From Mycobacterium tuberculosis H37Rv (GTDB taxonomy: Bacteria; Actinomycetota; Actinomycetes; Mycobacteriales; Mycobacteriaceae): a DNA stretch of 32,000 bases. This document shows, in pieces, positions 31,348 through 32,000 of this stretch. A program made the translations under genes and the position numbers. Where the stretch lies: positions 1,500,001 to 1,532,000 of the forward strand of contig NC_000962.3 of assembly GCF_000195955.2 (NCBI RefSeq). Reading direction: 5' to 3'. Below the pieces are notes generated by a model that was given only the letters and a program-made list of their open reading frames with translations, was not told the origin of the DNA and made no database searches. Positions within the stretch are counted from its first letter, which is position 1. Every line of letters starts with the position of its first letter.

Positions 31348-32000
31348 ATGGGTGGTGCCCGCCGGCTCAAGCTCGACGGGAGCATCCCCAACCAGCTCGC
31401 CCGGGCGGCCGACGCGGCCGTCGCACTTGAGCGCAATGGTTTCGATGGGGGCTGGACAGCTGAAGCCAGCCATGATCCCTTTCTCCCGCTGCTACTGGCT
31501 GCCGAGCACACGTCGCGACTTGAGCTTGGCACCAACATCGCGGTAGCGTTCGCGCGCAATCCGATGATTGTCGCCAACGTGGGCTGGGACCTACAGACGT
31601 ACTCGAAGGGAAGATTGATCCTCGGTCTGGGAACCCAGATCCGGCCGCACATCGAGAAACGATTCAGCATGCCCTGGGGTCATCCGGCACGTCGGATGCG
31701 TGAATTCGTCGCCGCGCTGCGTGCGATCTGGTTGGCTTGGCAGGACGGGACCAAGCTTTGCTTCGAGGGTGAGTTCTACACCCACAAGATCATGACCCCG
31801 ATGTTCACACCCGAGCCGCAGCCCTATCCCGTTCCGAGAGTCTTCATCGCCGCTGTCGGTGAAGCGATGACCGAAATGTGCGGCGAAGTCGCCGACGGCC
31901 ACCTCGGTCACCCTATGGTCTCGAAACGGTACCTCACCGAGGTGTCGGTGCCGGCGCTGCTACGTGGCCTGGCGCGATCGGGTCGCGATCGCAGTGCCTT
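31348..32000 (+). CDS. Luciferase-like (probably F420-dependent) oxidoreductase, 5' part; truncated by right edge
   Basis: Open frame from ATG 31348: MGGARRLKLDGSIPNQLARAADAAVALERNGFDGGWTAEASHDPFLPLLLAAEHTSRLELGTNIAVAFARNPMIVANVGWDLQTYSKGRLILGLGTQI, a typical LLM-family N-terminus. Confidence 0.92.
   Translation, partial: MGGARRLKLDGSIPNQLARAADAAVALERNGFDGGWTAEASHDPFLPLLLAAEHTSRLELGTNIAVAFARNPMIVANVGWDLQTYSKGRLILGLGTQIRPHIEKRFSMPWGHPARRMREFVAALRAIWLAWQDGTKLCFEGEFYTHKIMTPMFTPEPQPYPVPRVFIAAVGEAMTEMCGEVADGHLGHPMVSKRYLTEVSVPALLRGLARSGRDRSA

Overview
The whole window matches a Mycobacterium tuberculosis complex chromosomal segment, which I recognise as roughly Rv1330c to Rv1360. Gene names come from recalled family and locus knowledge; no search was run. 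Left to right: 5' part of pncB1 (minus); clpS; a DUF2017-type protein; a P1/DmpA-type peptidase; the mec-cysO-cysM cysteine biosynthesis module; a rhomboid-like membrane protein; murI; an MBL-fold phosphodiesterase; rph; a RdgB/HAM1-type NTPase; a membrane protein and lprD (minus). Next is the second mycobactin locus (mbtL, mbtM, mbtN, mbtK), a tRNA-Leu(UAG) and the Fe-siderophore transporter genes irtA-irtB, with three IdeR-box-like 19-mers. Then come fabG2, a small ORF region and a small secreted protein. These are followed by a compact minus-strand cluster (acyltransferase-like, ThiF/E1-nitroreductase, GAF-GGDEF-EAL, TetR), a degenerate EAL protein, tandem cyclase-like/NB-ARC/LuxR proteins, and a luciferase-like oxidoreductase cut by the right edge. 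No CRISPR array, IS element or phage was seen. The strongest observations are: (1) decayed acyl-CoA dehydrogenase (fadE-like) relics on both sides of fabG2, one of them explaining the small ORF downstream; (2) a tightly packed GNAT-like / E1-nitroreductase / c-di-GMP / TetR operon that may be an uncharacterised signalling or modification system; (3) motif decay in the EAL protein and in the tandem cyclase-like domains; (4) an IdeR box inside the longest mbtL ORF, implying a later start; (5) a possible uORF in the irtA leader and an uncatalogued small ORF at 30973-31128.
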